DNA of 64,000 nucleotides from positions 49,042,001 through 49,106,000 of the forward strand of contig OZ024751.1 in the NCBI GenBank assembly GCA_964016885.1, written 5' to 3'. Under the pieces are notes generated by a model. The model had not been told where the DNA came from, ran no database searches, and saw only the letters and a program-made list of their open reading frames with translations. The position numbers and the translations under genes were made by a program. The stretch comes from Eledone cirrhosa (Eukaryota). This document shows positions 42,472 through 57,700 of this stretch, piece by piece (positions within the stretch are counted from its first letter, which is position 1; each line of letters opens with the position of its first letter).

Positions 42472-42827
42472 GTAACGAATAAACAATTATTCTGACTCTT
42501 CTGAATCAGATGTTGGGAAGGGAACTACTTAAAATGTTATTAATCACACACATTTCTTAATAGAGTATTCCGAAAGAACTCATAAGGAAATTCGAAGAAT
42601 CCACGACAGAAATGATCAAAGTTGAGCAACGTCATGTTTTGAGATATGGTCTAATGACTAATGAGTTGGCTTAACATCCTCGGGTTGTCCAATGCTTTCT
42701 GATTCGAATTCAATAGTTGGAATGTGATGACTGACACGAGTAAAAAAAGCATATATATATATATGTGTGTGTGTATGTGTGTGTGTTTGTGTGTATGTAT
42801 GTATATATCTATATATATATATATATA

Positions 42828-43038
42828 GTAATAATAATAAATTTGAAGACTAAACTCCAAAGAGGGCTCGATAAGGATAAATATATATCAAATATATAAG
42901 AACCGTAGAGCAAATATTTATTAAAATAACAGATTAAAGTTTAAGCAAAGAATCCTTAACGGGATCTTCTGAAACTAGTTTCAGAAGATCCCGCTAAGGA
43001 TTCTTTGCTTAAACTTTAATCTGTTATTTTAATAAATA
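42828..43038. mobile_element. Family F inverted insertion (62-bp arms, no loop)
   Basis: 42915-42976 and 42977-43038 form a palindrome with one mismatch; ~87-nt tail on the left. Confidence 0.88.
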
Positions 43039-43047
43039 AATAAATAA

Positions 43048-43279
<232 letters not shown>

Positions 43280-44339
43280 ATATATATATTACACATATAT
43301 ATATATATGGATATATATATATATATATATATGGATAAATATGTATATGCATATATATATATATACATATATATATATACATATTTGTTGGTATGTGTGG
43401 TTTGTGTAAATACATATATACATATGTATATGTATGTACATATATAATGTATATATGTATATACACATACACATGTGTGTTAGTGTGTGTGTACGTACGT
43501 ATCTATGTATGCATGTGTGTACACTCAAATTTCTAAGTATTTCCAAATTATACTTCTAGTGTGAATAATAAGAATTAAATATTGTAGCATGAATCGTGAT
43601 CAACACGCTGAAATATATTTACTGAAGTGAATTTGTTACACTTTAGCAACTCAACACAACCAAGAATATATGCCTTCCGGACGATTTGCAAACACGGCTC
43701 AATTACGTCAAAGGTAGTTTATTCTGTTGTAATTGAAGATGCATAGGGTGGATGCCTGGTCAAACGCATTGTAATTTGGCTTAATCTAAATATGACTCTA
43801 ATTGTTCTTTTCAGTTTAGAAATTGATATTCTACCTTCAGATTGTTTGCCAGGAATAACGCTTTCGGTGCCAAAATAGCCCGTGGATACATGTTGACTCT
43901 TATTTAAACAAAGTAGTGAAATCTTTTCTAAATTGGCTTAATCTTAAAGTCGAGATGGAAACTATTTTCAAGAATAATAATTATCATTTCTTGTAATCAA
44001 AGTTACCAATGCCACTAAAACGTACACATTTCACAGAAAGAGAAAAAGACGAATGCCACTTCATATGAATATATAGATAGAGTAATAGAGGTACACACAC
44101 AGAAAACCACACACACATACACACATATGTGTAAATATATATATATCGTATTAAATGTGAAGTACATGTCACAATGAAAAGGGGCGGTGATTATTTATGT
44201 GTGAAATAACCAGCTATAGAGAGATATTGTTATATATACATATTTATATATACATATTTATATATATGTATTTTTAAATAAATATATAAATAAATATATA
44301 TATATATGTGTGTATGTATATATATATATATACATAAAT

Positions 44340-44912
44340 TTACAAGGAAGAGAATTTAGAAATGCAAAGGGAGTCGTTTAAGTATATATATTTACTTTAC
44401 CGGTTTCACAGTTCTGATTATCCAAAGTAAAATTGAGAGGAGGTCTGTTTTTCTGTTAGGGTGTAAATCGTAAGAAACCTGAGTTTAGGAATTCTTTCTC
44501 TTTTATACAAAAAGGCGACTCGGATTACTCTTTTTGTAAAATGCAAATTGTGTGTGGGGGTGGGGGTGACATTCACGAGATTTGGTATAAGAATTTTTGC
44601 GAGGGAGGTTAAACAAATGCAAGAAGAAAAGTCAAATTGGAGTGTTGTCAGTGGGTATTCTCAAAGTTAAATTTTAAGAGGTCGTCTGGCTTAAGTTGAT
44701 ATGTGTATGTATGTAAATATACATATATAAATTGTATATATATGTGCGCTTATGATAATATACGTTTGTGCATAACGTTATTGAGAAGAGTCTCAAGGGA
44801 TAGAGATATGACAAAAGATGAAAAGAAGAAAATTTATGTATTTCTTTAAAGACATGTATGATCACTATCCCTCCATATATATGTGTATAGATGCATATAT
44901 ATAGGTATATAG

Positions 44913-44956
<44 letters not shown>

Positions 44957-45030
44957 TTATACGGAACATAGAAATATTGTCTTATGCATTTGGCTTTCTT
45001 TAAAATTATCTGCTTCTCCGTTATTCCCAT
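44340..45030 (-). mobile_element. Decayed relative of the family H PLE 3' end
   Basis: 44340-44500 resembles 21450-21650; a frame near 44960-45030 (TEKQIILKKAKCIRQY) weakly resembles the PLE C-terminus. Confidence 0.55.
44391..44431 (-). ncRNA. Hammerhead-like motif, U3-A8 variant
   Basis: tttactt TGGATAA t-cag-aa-ctg-t GAAA ccgg TA aagtaaa. Confidence 0.55.
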
Positions 45031-45492
45031 GTCATTTTATAGTTTATGTTTATCAAATTTATTTACTACCTTGATATCTACAACATTTTAAATAGAATGT
45101 TATCTTTCTTTGTGCTGTTATCACCCCTTCCCACACATACACAACCATACGCACACAGTTACAAACTCAGACAACACATTTACATAACATATTCTCATAT
45201 TAATAGACGCTCATGCAAATATATATATATATATATATATATACTTGGATGTTTCCGTGGATAAAGAGAGTTCGCTTTGCTACCACGTTTTTTCGATTTC
45301 ACAGTCACTGTTAGGCAATTGTCTTCTAGTTTAACATCACTTTGATCTAAGCCTAGTAATTAAAATCTCGTTGATGACAACCTGATAAAATACTGAGGCA
45401 GATATGATCGACCAAGTCGCTTTAAGTTAGTACGCCTGTATGGCCCCAGTAGAATGATTGAGACCAGTCTAAAAAGAACATAATGTTGTAAT

Positions 45493-45740
45493 AATAATTG
45501 TTTCTACATTTGGCACAAGGCCAACAATCACCCTGTGTATTACTGGTACTGTAATAATAATAACGTATTGGTAGAGGGTCTGACGCTAGGCTTTGCAGCA
45601 TAGATTTACAGCCCTTTATGATCTGAGTTCAAATCACGCCGAGGTTAACTTTGCCTTTTATCCTACGGGGTTGATAAAATAAAGGACCAGTAATACACTG
45701 GGATAATTGCTGGCCTTGTGCCAAAAGTAGAAGCAAACAA
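45493..45740. mobile_element. SINE family 1: minus-strand 3' fragment plus a plus-strand copy
   Basis: 45493-45550 is the reverse complement of the SINE 3' end at 45685-45735. Confidence 0.85.
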
Positions 45741-45973
45741 TAATGTATTCCTATGGCTACATATGTACACACACAGAGACAGAAACATTCACACATACAT
45801 TTTCTCATGATCAAAACAGACAAAAGCAGAGAAAAAGTGTCTTGTCTTAGCAGTTTTACTTTGGTAAAAGGACAAAGAATGTCTCAACGTATCGAACCAA
45901 AGCTCTGCATCATATATATATATATATATATACGATATTAAACAAATGGAAACTATATTTATAAAACCATATT

Positions 45974-46039
45974 TATTTCATTATACATATTTCGGGGATA
46001 CCATATTAAAAATATGGCATGCCTTCGTCAGATAAAATA
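45974..46039 (-). ncRNA. Type I hammerhead (family D-like topology)
   Basis: tattttat CTGACGA aggc-atgccatatt-ttt-aatatggtat-cccc GAAA tatgta TA atgaaata. Confidence 0.7.
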
Positions 46040-46072
46040 CAATATATAAACAGTTTTATAAATAATTTTGAC

Positions 46073-46116
<44 letters not shown>

Positions 46117-46119
<3 letters not shown>

Positions 46120-46432
46120 GGAGGTGAGTTTTATTGTAGTACAATAAAGCAATACAGATATCGGATAAGAAGCACTCTACAGTTTGTGGGACTGGAGTAT
46201 ACATAATATATAAGATCAAAAGATGGTTAAATGAGTTCGATGTATTTTATTATGCGCATTTCAAAAACAAATATCATCATGCAATATTCATCACAATATT
46301 CATCAACATATGTTGATTTAAAACTGCCCTATCCACAAGTGTTTTTAACCTTCATATCATGTCCTCCTATTTTATCTGATGAAAACACAAATGTTATTGC
46401 ATGATGATATTTGTTTTTGAAATGCGCATAAT
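46117..46432. mobile_element. Family D inverted insertion; plus-strand HHR 46368-46432
   Basis: Antisense tail arm runs into stem II; sense arm from tgttgatttaaaac ends 2 nt after the predicted cleavage site. Confidence 0.88.
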
Positions 46433-46956
46433 GCTCTACACATGGATGTGTATATACCAAAACATACACTATTTAGACGATACAGATGTTACAATTCAAT
46501 CGATACGCGTATAGCAGAACGTTGAACGGAATTTACTTGCGTGTGTATAGGGTTGTGATTGACCCAATTTTTCTAATTTACATCGTTAAAATTGAGATTT
46601 GACCAATATAACATTTGTTGTTTTGTAACCTAACTTTCGGTGCATACTATGTTGATATATATTTTTTTTCTCCGACCTCGTGTCGGTGTGTGTGAGTGTG
46701 TGAGTGTGTGTGTGTACTCATTCACACTAATTGTGACCGACCGAAATTCTACAGATTTGATGCTGAGATTAGACCTGTCCAGCGTCTTTTACAGCTATTG
46801 AGACATAGAGACTTGATAGATTTATGATCACGACTGAAGACGATAGCAGTCGGCGTGTTTTGGCTGCTGATTCTTCATATGGGGAACAGAACTCTAGTGA
46901 GTGAACATCGTTAGTTTTTCCTCCCTCATATCAAAGATTTGAAGACAATTCATTAT

Positions 46957-47030
46957 TCACCTGATGAGATCAGTGATAATCGATCATGAACACATGATCG
47001 ATCTATCCCTTATTGAAACATGTGTCGTGA
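46957..47030 (+). ncRNA. Type I hammerhead, canonical core, GUC site
   Basis: tcac CTGATGA gatcagtgata-atcgatcatg-aaca-catgatcgat-ctatcccttatt GAAA catgtg TC gtga. Confidence 0.78.
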
Positions 47031-48424
47031 TTAAAATGATTGGAAATTTATACCATGCCTTCGGATCTTTATTTTGATACAAATACTCCGTTTTACATCA
47101 TCTAGCTGTTCCCATAAATGGAACTGGAGATATACAAAAGCGTGGAGAACTTAATATTGCTAACTAAAGTTTATTGGACCATATGACACAACCAATAATA
47201 CACCTTACTATATAACAACTTTATATACATTCATATATATACTCATTTATTCTGTTTATCAGAGACAGAAAGTGAGAAGTGCTTACTTTGGCACTGCTAG
47301 AAAACAAGTGACGATTCGAAAAACAAAGGTCAATGAATTAAGTATTGAACTTAAAATAGTAAGTAGGAATCATGTGATTGACTAAGACACTTCAAAATAA
47401 TGCCACAGCATGGCCTTAGTCCAATTACTGAAAGCAGTAAAATAAGAAAATCATATAAATAGTATGTGCGTGTACAAATATTGTGCGTGTGTTTTAATCG
47501 TGTTTCGCCGAATCGAAGTTGAGTAAAGGACAAATTAACTGGAATTGTTAGTTTTCAGATAAAGGCTGTATGATTTGACTAAACAACATAATAGGAATAT
47601 TATGACATTATCCATCTTTCGTATGTCTCTCAGCATCAGCCACAATCGTCTTTTTTTTTTATTGGAAAGATAAAATAATAAACAAGAGTAATTAAATTTC
47701 TCTTCATTGCAAATTTCATATTTTGTCATTTCATAGACTAACCCTATTATTTCCCGTTGAATTACAAAATGTCAAAGTTTACTCCCCCAATAAAAACAAC
47801 ATTTTCTAAAATTCGTATTAAATTTTCCCCCGTTTATCGTATTCATCTTAGTTGGGGTTGTTATTAGTGTGGCTGGTTTTGTTGTTGTAGCTGTAGAGAC
47901 AGTGGTTCTGATTTTATTGCTGTTATTGTTGCTGTTATTTTTTTTTAATTGAGTTCCTCATAATATTGGGGTTGTGGTTGTTGTTATTAATAGTATTATT
48001 TCAATTTTTTGTTTACAATTTTATTTCTATATTTTTTAATTTGAGCTGTTCAACTTGTGTTTTTGTTGTTATGTTGAATTATTTTTTCTTAAATTATATT
48101 TAATTTGCACAAAAACGATACGAAACATGATGCTATTTGTTATTACAATGTCTGATCCTATTACCATAGTTACTATAAATCTATTTGTAAGAAGTTTCTG
48201 CCTGTTGGTATTGTTATATTTTCGTTGCGAAAACTTATGATCTTAACGTAGTATACGCTTCGATATGCTGTACCTAATAATATACATATTCTGCTCGCAA
48301 ATACATACTATGTTAATGTAAAAAAACAATAAAAGTATTTCCTTTTATACATGCTCCAATATATCTGATGGTTGGTATAATGTCATGAACAGTCTATATG
48401 CGTGTATTGCGTGTGTATATATAT

Positions 48425-48612
48425 TTGGATTGACAGTATCGGTACAGGATCGGACACCATGCTTTTCAGCATAGAGTTATGTCCCTTTACATTCTGATTT
48501 AAAATCCCACCGGGGTTAACTTTGCCTTTCATCCTTCCGGGATCGATAAAATAAAGTACCAGTAATGCACTGCATATGTGCTGGCCTTGTGCGAAAAGTA
48601 GAACAATTATTA
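48425..48612 (+). mobile_element. SINE family 1
   Basis: Aligns end to end with 28778-28970. Confidence 0.88.
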
Positions 48613-48814
48613 CTGTTCATCAATATGCATTTTCATACACAGATCTTTGTTAGCATAGCGTATTAACAAAGTTTTTCCAGGGACCGTCGGATGGGGGGCG
48701 GGGTTACCTCGGTCCTCCAAACCAGTAAATTAGAAGTAATACTAGTGCGACATACCATCTATATATATATATCATATATATATATATATATATATATCAT
48801 ATATATATATATAT

Positions 48815-48881
<67 letters not shown>

Positions 48882-48931
48882 TATTCCACCTGCTTGTGGT
48901 GGGTCTGATAACGTGATATCTTTTTTATCGG

Positions 48932-48992
<61 letters not shown>

Positions 48993-49067
48993 TGTATGTG
49001 TGTGTGTAAATACATACACAGATATATAGAGACATATAGAGAAAACTGTACGCAAATACACACGCAC

Positions 49068-49217
<150 letters not shown>

Positions 49218-49224
49218 ATATATA

Positions 49225-49436
<212 letters not shown>

Positions 49437-49458
49437 CATATATAGACATATATATATG

Positions 49459-49547
<89 letters not shown>

Positions 49548-50148
49548 TTTTTATGTATATACAAAAGGATATTACTTTTTGTTTTTATCACGAGAAACCA
49601 AGTCAGACTTTGCAACATAAACCTCCAATTTAAACTAACATAATGGAGATATTATTCATTCCGAACCTCCGAACACCTGAGCACCACTAACAGATTATAT
49701 TTCACGCTTTGTTATAATTTGTCTGCAGCCTACATAATTTATTCTAGATGAACGAGTTACTTTAGTCTCTATTAAATCAATTCTCGATATGATACAATGA
49801 TGGAGTGTGTAATTCTTTTTCAGTTTATACTAAATCTTCCAGTCATAGGATCTCTACTCTTGTTAACTCGACTAAACAAACTAGAGACGTTGCAATACAT
49901 TTTCTATCAGAAGTTGGACGACAAATATCACCTAGATTTAGGTACATGATATTCTGTTTAAAGCCTAATATCAGGTACTATCCACCACCGTAACTAGTGT
50001 ATTTAATTTGGCCAGCCACTTCTTAGTTCATAGACGGCTGGTGACCTGTGACCATTTCAAAATGCTTTCTTATTGCTAGTATTTAAAGACCACACATCTT
50101 ATAGTTTCCATCGAACCTACGTTTACCTGTAAGGCTAATATGGTATGT

Positions 50149-50202
<54 letters not shown>

Positions 50203-50778
50203 CCCCTCTGTCACTCTCTCAGTGTGTGTATGTAAATATGGGTCGAATTTTCTTTCGTCATATTGAATTATCCTTATCTAATTATTTTTTGATATACCAT
50301 CATTAGTAACTTTTGTTGAATGGGAAGAAAGTATAACCCTTTTTTGTAAAATTACAATATAAATGTTTTAAGACTTTCTCATCTTCATCCTCAGACTTAA
50401 AATATTTCCGCCAACTTGGATTATGAGAAATGCACCTGACGTTTCAGTTTTAAAAAAATTATCGAAATAGAATAAAAGAAGAATGGAATAAGAATAAAAT
50501 ACGGAAAAGTATTATAACGATATTAAGTCGGAGATCGTTATTAATGATCGTAAAAAGAAATCATATATTCTTCACATTTCTTCCTCAAATTTGCCAAATG
50601 TTATTGCTTAAGAAAGTTTAACTAATGTCTAAAATGAAAATCTAAAGTATAGGAATAATTATATTGTATTATAAGATATATTATATCTGAACATATCAAC
50701 TAAGACAGATGGGCTGATCACTCGATGTTCGAACGACACAAAGATCAATATGCGTTTTCTCAAAGAAAATACATTCTC

Positions 50779-50818
<40 letters not shown>

Positions 50819-50987
50819 TATATTTTGTTTTACAAATGAAAGAGAAAAGTAATGCATATTTGTCAAAGTTTGTCAAAGAATATATATTTTAGATGTTTGA
50901 TCACGAGGCAAAAATGTGTTGAGACTACGGGGAAATCACGGAAAGTAATGTGTTGATATGTTATCACAGAAAACATACCAAATCATG

Positions 50988-51051
<64 letters not shown>

Positions 51052-51152
51052 CACAGAAAGATAAACATAATGTATATTGTTCACACATATACATGTATAA
51101 TATATATATATATATATTTATATATATATGTATATATATATATATGTATATA

Positions 51153-51208
<56 letters not shown>

Positions 51209-51291
51209 TATATATGTATAAATATATACATATATATATATATATAGTGAGGGAGAGAGATAGTTTTGTATATATATATATAAATTTGTGT

Positions 51292-51323
<32 letters not shown>

Positions 51324-51666
51324 CTGTGAGTGTGTATATGTATGGTTTGTTGAAGCAACTTATATCTATATATGCTGACAAGTGTTAACGAAGAAATATG
51401 AAAGTATGAGCTATTCACACTCCAAATACTGACTTACGAGTAGGTAAAAATAACGTCAGAAAATATATATATGAAACTCACGAGAGAAGTAAAACCAATC
51501 ACATCCAGTCAAATGTTACGATATTTCAATAAAAATTTGAAGCAATTCGTTTCAGGATAATTAGTTAGCTATTGGTTCTTCTTGTCCAAAGTTTTGTGAT
51601 AGGAATTCCATTGGTAAAATATTTATATATGGCCGTTTTCTTTGTTTCTTCATATATAAAGAATCT

Positions 51667-51746
<80 letters not shown>

Positions 51747-51862
51747 CATCATAGCAATGGTTTCCATCTTTGCGTGTGTAGAAATATAAACATATAGTCA
51801 GGCAGACATACACACACACACACACACACACTACCATCATCACTGTCATCATCAATATGAAG

Positions 51863-51916
<54 letters not shown>

Positions 51917-52003
51917 GAGGTGTAATGGGATCATACAGAATTGAAGTCGCTTCCTTCACTCTCTGTTTATGAATATCACTGTAGCTACTGTAATTCTACT
52001 GTT

Positions 52004-52040
<37 letters not shown>

Positions 52041-52199
52041 TCTTGGTAGAAGGAAAAGCCTGTTGAAAAACTGAATCCTCCGTTCGGTCATGTATACCTC
52101 GAGCTTGCCAGTCACGTAAGTCTGATATTTGATTTCGGATTCAAAGAAACACTTTAAACGATTAATCGTTTGATTTGTCCAGGTGTCTGTTTCTCAACC

Positions 52200-52399
52200 T
52201 GTTAGTTCTATCGTTACTTTGGTATAGTATTGTGTGTTAGATTTGCCTACCACAATGTTCGATTTGTCAAGCTAGCTATTTAAACGTATGTCATTACTCT
52301 AAGGCCCTAACTTATCGAGTGCTTTGCTAACTCATCATTTCATATAAGTAGGCCGAATTTACTTGCAAACCGCCAGAGATTCGATTTTACTAAATTTCC

Positions 52400-52402
<3 letters not shown>
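52200..52402 (+). repeat. Interspersed repeat 3' end (second copy ~61850-62040)
   Basis: Shared tttgtcaagct..taaacgtatgt.attact.taaggcc..gagtgctttgct..ttcgattttactaa, ending at (TA)n. Confidence 0.7.
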
Positions 52403-52472
<70 letters not shown>

Positions 52473-52474
<2 letters not shown>

Positions 52475-52565
52475 AGTTTATCCCGAGTTCAATCGGGGGT
52501 AACGACAGTAATAAGGTACTCAATACATACCAGTTCTAGTCCTGTAGATGGAAGCCATTTCTATA

Positions 52566-52570
<5 letters not shown>
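52473..52570. mobile_element. Family B-like short inverted insertion
   Basis: Antisense tail (aggtactcaatacata) joined to sense cagttctagtcctgtaga. Confidence 0.7.
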
Positions 52571-52600
<30 letters not shown>

Positions 52601-52762
52601 AAGAATAAAATATAACATGGTCGGCTGTACAAATAAGTTTTGTTTACAGTATTAACACTTGTTACATTAATCAGGTGAGTCTAAAGGCCACTCATTGCTA
52701 GAAATTACCTTAAATTACCTTGTTATCCTATACATATATATGACATATATTTACCAGATTTA

Positions 52763-52950
52763 ATAATTGTTTCTACTTTTGGCACAAGGCCACAATTACC
52801 AATACATTACTGGTACTTTATTTTATCGGCCCCGTAAGGATGAAAGGCAAAGTTTACCTCGGTGGGATTTGAACTCAGAATGGCAAGGGCCGTAACTCTA
52901 TGCGTCAAAGCATGGCGTCCGACAACTCTACCGATACTGCCAATCCACTG
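52763..52950 (-). mobile_element. SINE family 1
   Basis: Reverse complement of the full-length consensus. Confidence 0.88.
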
Positions 52951-53090
52951 GCATCTGCAGGACTAAAACTGTTTCATTCGAAGGAAATCACCAGGGAGTC
53001 ATTTCTATATTAGATTTGTAGCCATACATACTACTAATTTATTGAGCACCTTACTTACTGTGGTTACCAATTATTGAACCAGGGAATCAC
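52951..53090. mobile_element. Family B-like inverted insertion with decayed HHR
   Basis: Antisense ctgcaggactaaaactgtttcattcgaaggaaatcaccagg plus sense tail attgagcaccttacttactgtggttacc. Confidence 0.7.
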
Positions 53091-53552
53091 ACATACACAC
53101 ACACACATTTATACATATATACATATATATATATATACATATATATATGCTGCGTCGGTGCGTATATATATGGCTTTAAATCTAATAACGTACAATATAT
53201 TAGAAATAATTCATACTTAGAAATATCTTACGTTTGATAAGAATAGTTTTATATTTACAGTTTATGTAAATTCTTTAAATACAGCCACATAATTTAAAAC
53301 AGAACATTAGTAGGTGTAAAGATTTGTCTACATTAAGCAGTTCTATATAATTACGCGATATTTATCTTTACATAAATCTAATTGGTAAATATCAATATAC
53401 AATGAAAATCTGATATCTATTTGCATAATAGACTACGTGAAAATTATAGAAAATTTATATACTTATTTAAAATTGAAGATGTCTAACACACACAGGCATT
53501 CACACATTCAAATACACATACATACGCCGGCACCTATATAATTTAAATTGTG

Positions 53553-53584
<32 letters not shown>

Positions 53585-53951
53585 CACACATATATATATA
53601 TATATACATATATATATGTATGTATATATATGTTTGTCTTTTTTCAAATCGAACTACACATATAATTGTATTTATGTGTTTGTGTGTATACACACACACG
53701 TGTGTGTGTGTGTGTGTGTGTGTGTTCGAGTGTGCGTCAGTCTGTTAACTAACAAAATATAATACATAAGTATTAACTCCAACCCTTCTCTGCAACTTCC
53801 TTCTCCTATATTGGAATATATCTAAAATATTCTCTCACAATTGATTTTCTGTCTAATTGACAACGAGGCTTTTAACCTGTCTCTCCAATTTATTTAGCTT
53901 ACTTGTGTATTTTATGTATGTATGTATGTATGTGTGTGTATATATACATAC

Positions 53952-54102
<151 letters not shown>

Positions 54103-54423
54103 TAAGTATATATGAATATATCTATGTATATATATATATGTGTGTGTACCTATATATATATATATGTGTGTGTGTTTAACAAATATATATATATATATAT
54201 ATATATAATGTTGCTGGAGCTGTAGCGAAATAAGTAGCTGAACTGATTCAATGCATGCATAAATTAATAACTAAATACTTATTAACGTGAAAGTAAGCGT
54301 GACTGTGTTTAGATAATTTCCACAGGAGTGGCGTTTCCAGCTATACATTGCATGAGACTTATATGGTATTATTGTACTGTAATGTTCTCCTGTGTTGTCT
54401 TTCCTTGTTGACGTTCTTTATAA

Positions 54424-54467
<44 letters not shown>

Positions 54468-54594
54468 TAAACATTTTACATAGATCTATAGGATATGCAT
54501 ACCAACACTAACATATATATCCTAGAAACGATCGTAAAATTATGAATTTTATAATATAAGTAACTGTTTCTTTGTTTATTCATTATTTTTATTA

Positions 54595-54629
<35 letters not shown>

Positions 54630-54675
54630 TTATATATATATATAACTTTTCAACCACACGAACACACATACATAG

Positions 54676-54732
<57 letters not shown>

Positions 54733-56141
54733 CCCTTCCTTACCTGAACTTTCATCTGTGCATTCACAGTATCATCAGCCATGCTTCTTGTTTGATGTCC
54801 CTGTGAGTACACAAGTAGTACTTCATAGGAACTATCTTGCAGTCACATTAAGTAATAATATTACTAGTTACTAATTCGGTATCGATTACTAATTCATGCG
54901 TCCGTCAGAACCACATGCTTATATATCTATCTATATGGCATCGAATACAAATATATGTAACAAAATTTCGATACTCTGCCCATCTCATTTGGTTGGCTCG
55001 AAATTATAGGAATTATGCAATTTTTATTTGGCTTTGGCAGATAGAGAATGAAAAAAAACACGTATCAGGTTTATTAAGTTCCGTTTCTGGCAAACAAATT
55101 ATGTTCATACTTGAATCCTGGCTCTTATCATTGGAATTGAATTGGACATTTAAAATGACCAATTGCTCATTTAGTGGTGTCACCCTATGTCACTAATTTA
55201 TTTTAAATTTATCACAACAAAGCTCTCTTCCCTCAAGAATTCGCCCGAAATACGACTGAAAAGATTTAGTCCCGTAAGCATCATTTGTGAGCGTTTTGTT
55301 TTATTTACTTGAAGCTATAACTGATATGACATGCTTTAGGTTCAGCCTAATGGAATTGAACCCAATGTCGGAGAAGGGAACTTGTTAATTACTCAGTCAT
55401 ACATACATCTAATAGATTCTCAGAATAATTCTACTTCGTTTCAAGAATGGGATATGATTAATAAACATATAATCTAGAGCCCTTAAGGGATTCTTCGTTT
55501 GCGGAAAATCATATTTTTTGCAACCCAATCTGATGATATTTTTGCACATAGAATGTTGTGAATTGAAATGAAATATCGCAAACGTTATTTCGTCTGATGT
55601 TCTGCCAAACGTACTGCCGTGTTTATTGATTTTAGATATATTTCGATAGGCGGATATATTCATGTAAAGGATTTCCCTTGCGTTGAAATATCTATCATTA
55701 ATGGACCTACGAATGTTCATATCATGGCGTCCAACGGATATATATAACAGACATTAGCTGGGAGGTAAGTTAGAAACTCTGACAGGACACTCATACAAAC
55801 GGTACAAGCCGGAAATATAAGTGTATAAAAGAACTCGCCATTAAAACACTGTTATAAACCGGAGACAGAAGTAACTAAAGAATTGATAAAATATTATAAA
55901 CGCCTATCTTTCAAGATATCGATCTTCTACGTTTGCATATTTCTATATAAGACACACATACACAAACGCACACACATACATACACGCAAACACACACTTA
56001 CATACACGCACGCACAATTACTCACTCACAGTCTCTTTTTCTGTTTATATTTCCAAATACATTAACTCACAAACACATATATATTCATACATGCATGCAC
56101 TCATATACACAACATCAAACGGATGCATCCATCTCTCTCTT

Positions 56142-56325
<184 letters not shown>

Positions 56326-57139
56326 AGAGAGAGAGAGACAGATGTGAGGTGTGTGAAATCATACGGATATGCATATATACATGTCTTTATGTAAGTGTAT
56401 AATAGATATTGTATATGTTTTGAATCTAATATGTCTACCGTAGTTTGTTTAGTGAAAGACCTCCATCTGTTATCAAGCTGGGTGGTTTAGTTGTTCGAAC
56501 AAACAAACAGCCTACACGTAAAATTAATGTGAAAGTGCCTGAGCATTTCATGGACAAGTGTAGCATTGATGTACTCCTCTGGGAAATTCAGCATCACCCT
56601 AAGTATGACAATGGTGGGTCTTTAAATCAAAGATAGAGTATAACCGATAGGTAAGTATTCAGAAATCTTACAAATCCTCAAGAAACCTTTCTTACTTCTA
56701 ATAATTAATACTACAGAAAAACATGAATAAGTAACTTTAGTCATACGTATTTGATCCGAGCTTAGATCAGCAAACATTAACATCCTAGTTCTGCTGACAA
56801 TAAATAATAGAAATATTTCATGCTATGTTTTTATATCCCCCGGCAGCTCATTAATATGCGATTCATTTATGTTGTAAAGATCAAAACATATAATTGTCTA
56901 CGTTAGATAAAACATCACTATTTCTTTTTAATAACTTACATAAAATCATGTTGACCCAAAAGTAATGTATCATAGAAAGAATGAACATTTAGTAATAATA
57001 TTTGTATTGAATATGTTTAAATCGATGCTCGTTTTTTTTGTATTTTTTTTGTAGCACTTACATCCAGTCGATGTTACTATTTCCTTAATATGTCAACTTC
57101 GTGATGCGCTGTATATTACTCTTAAAACCATGTTTTCCC

Positions 57140-57700
57140 ACCTATCCATACATCGTTGAACAGTTGGTGAGGCCACTTCTTCGAACCTTTCATATATGAG
57201 GCCATGCTTCAGTGCTAGTGTCATCATCAGTCGCACTTCTTGGGCGACCAATTCCATTTCTTTTGTTCACACTTCTTGTCTCTGAACAACGTCCAAATTT
57301 TGTCAACAAAGACTTGAGCGATTACTTGCCAATACTAAGGTAAATATTGACCTTCTCAGGCACTTCTCGCTGAATTCATTCGTGAAACTGGTGTAAAAGG
57401 TTGAATATCTGAACCACTTCTCGCTAAATTAATCCGCCAAATAGATGTAACTGGTTGCCGTCCCCAACCACTTTTCGGCCAATTTATACACCAACCAGAT
57501 TAAAGCAGTTGAAATTCTCGGTGAATTTTCGATGAATTTCTGCAGAAAACAGATGTAAACTGTTGAAAACCCCAGACACTGACTTCATCCACCTAGATAT
57601 AAATAGTTGAAATTCTCATCAATTTCTCGTTCACTTCATCCTCTAAACAGAGGTAATTGGTTGAGATGTTTAGCCAAGTATTATTCAATTCCATCGTCAT
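57140..57700 (-). pseudogene. Decayed Tc1/mariner-type transposase N-terminus
   Basis: Minus frame KFGRCSETRSVNKRNGIGRPRSATDDDTST resembles the KF-ETGSV...GRPR motif; stops and frameshifts; preceded by 54-bp repeats. Confidence 0.5.

Noticed and set aside
52117-52160. CTGATA-tttga..tcaaa-GAAAcact hammerhead-like motif
   Set aside because: The core lacks a base and stem I is minimal; possibly a decayed HHR, not counted.
54748-54780. Minus-strand CTGATGA-ctgtg/cacag-GAAA
   Set aside because: The core and stem II are present but there is no UH site or stem I; at best a truncated HHR.
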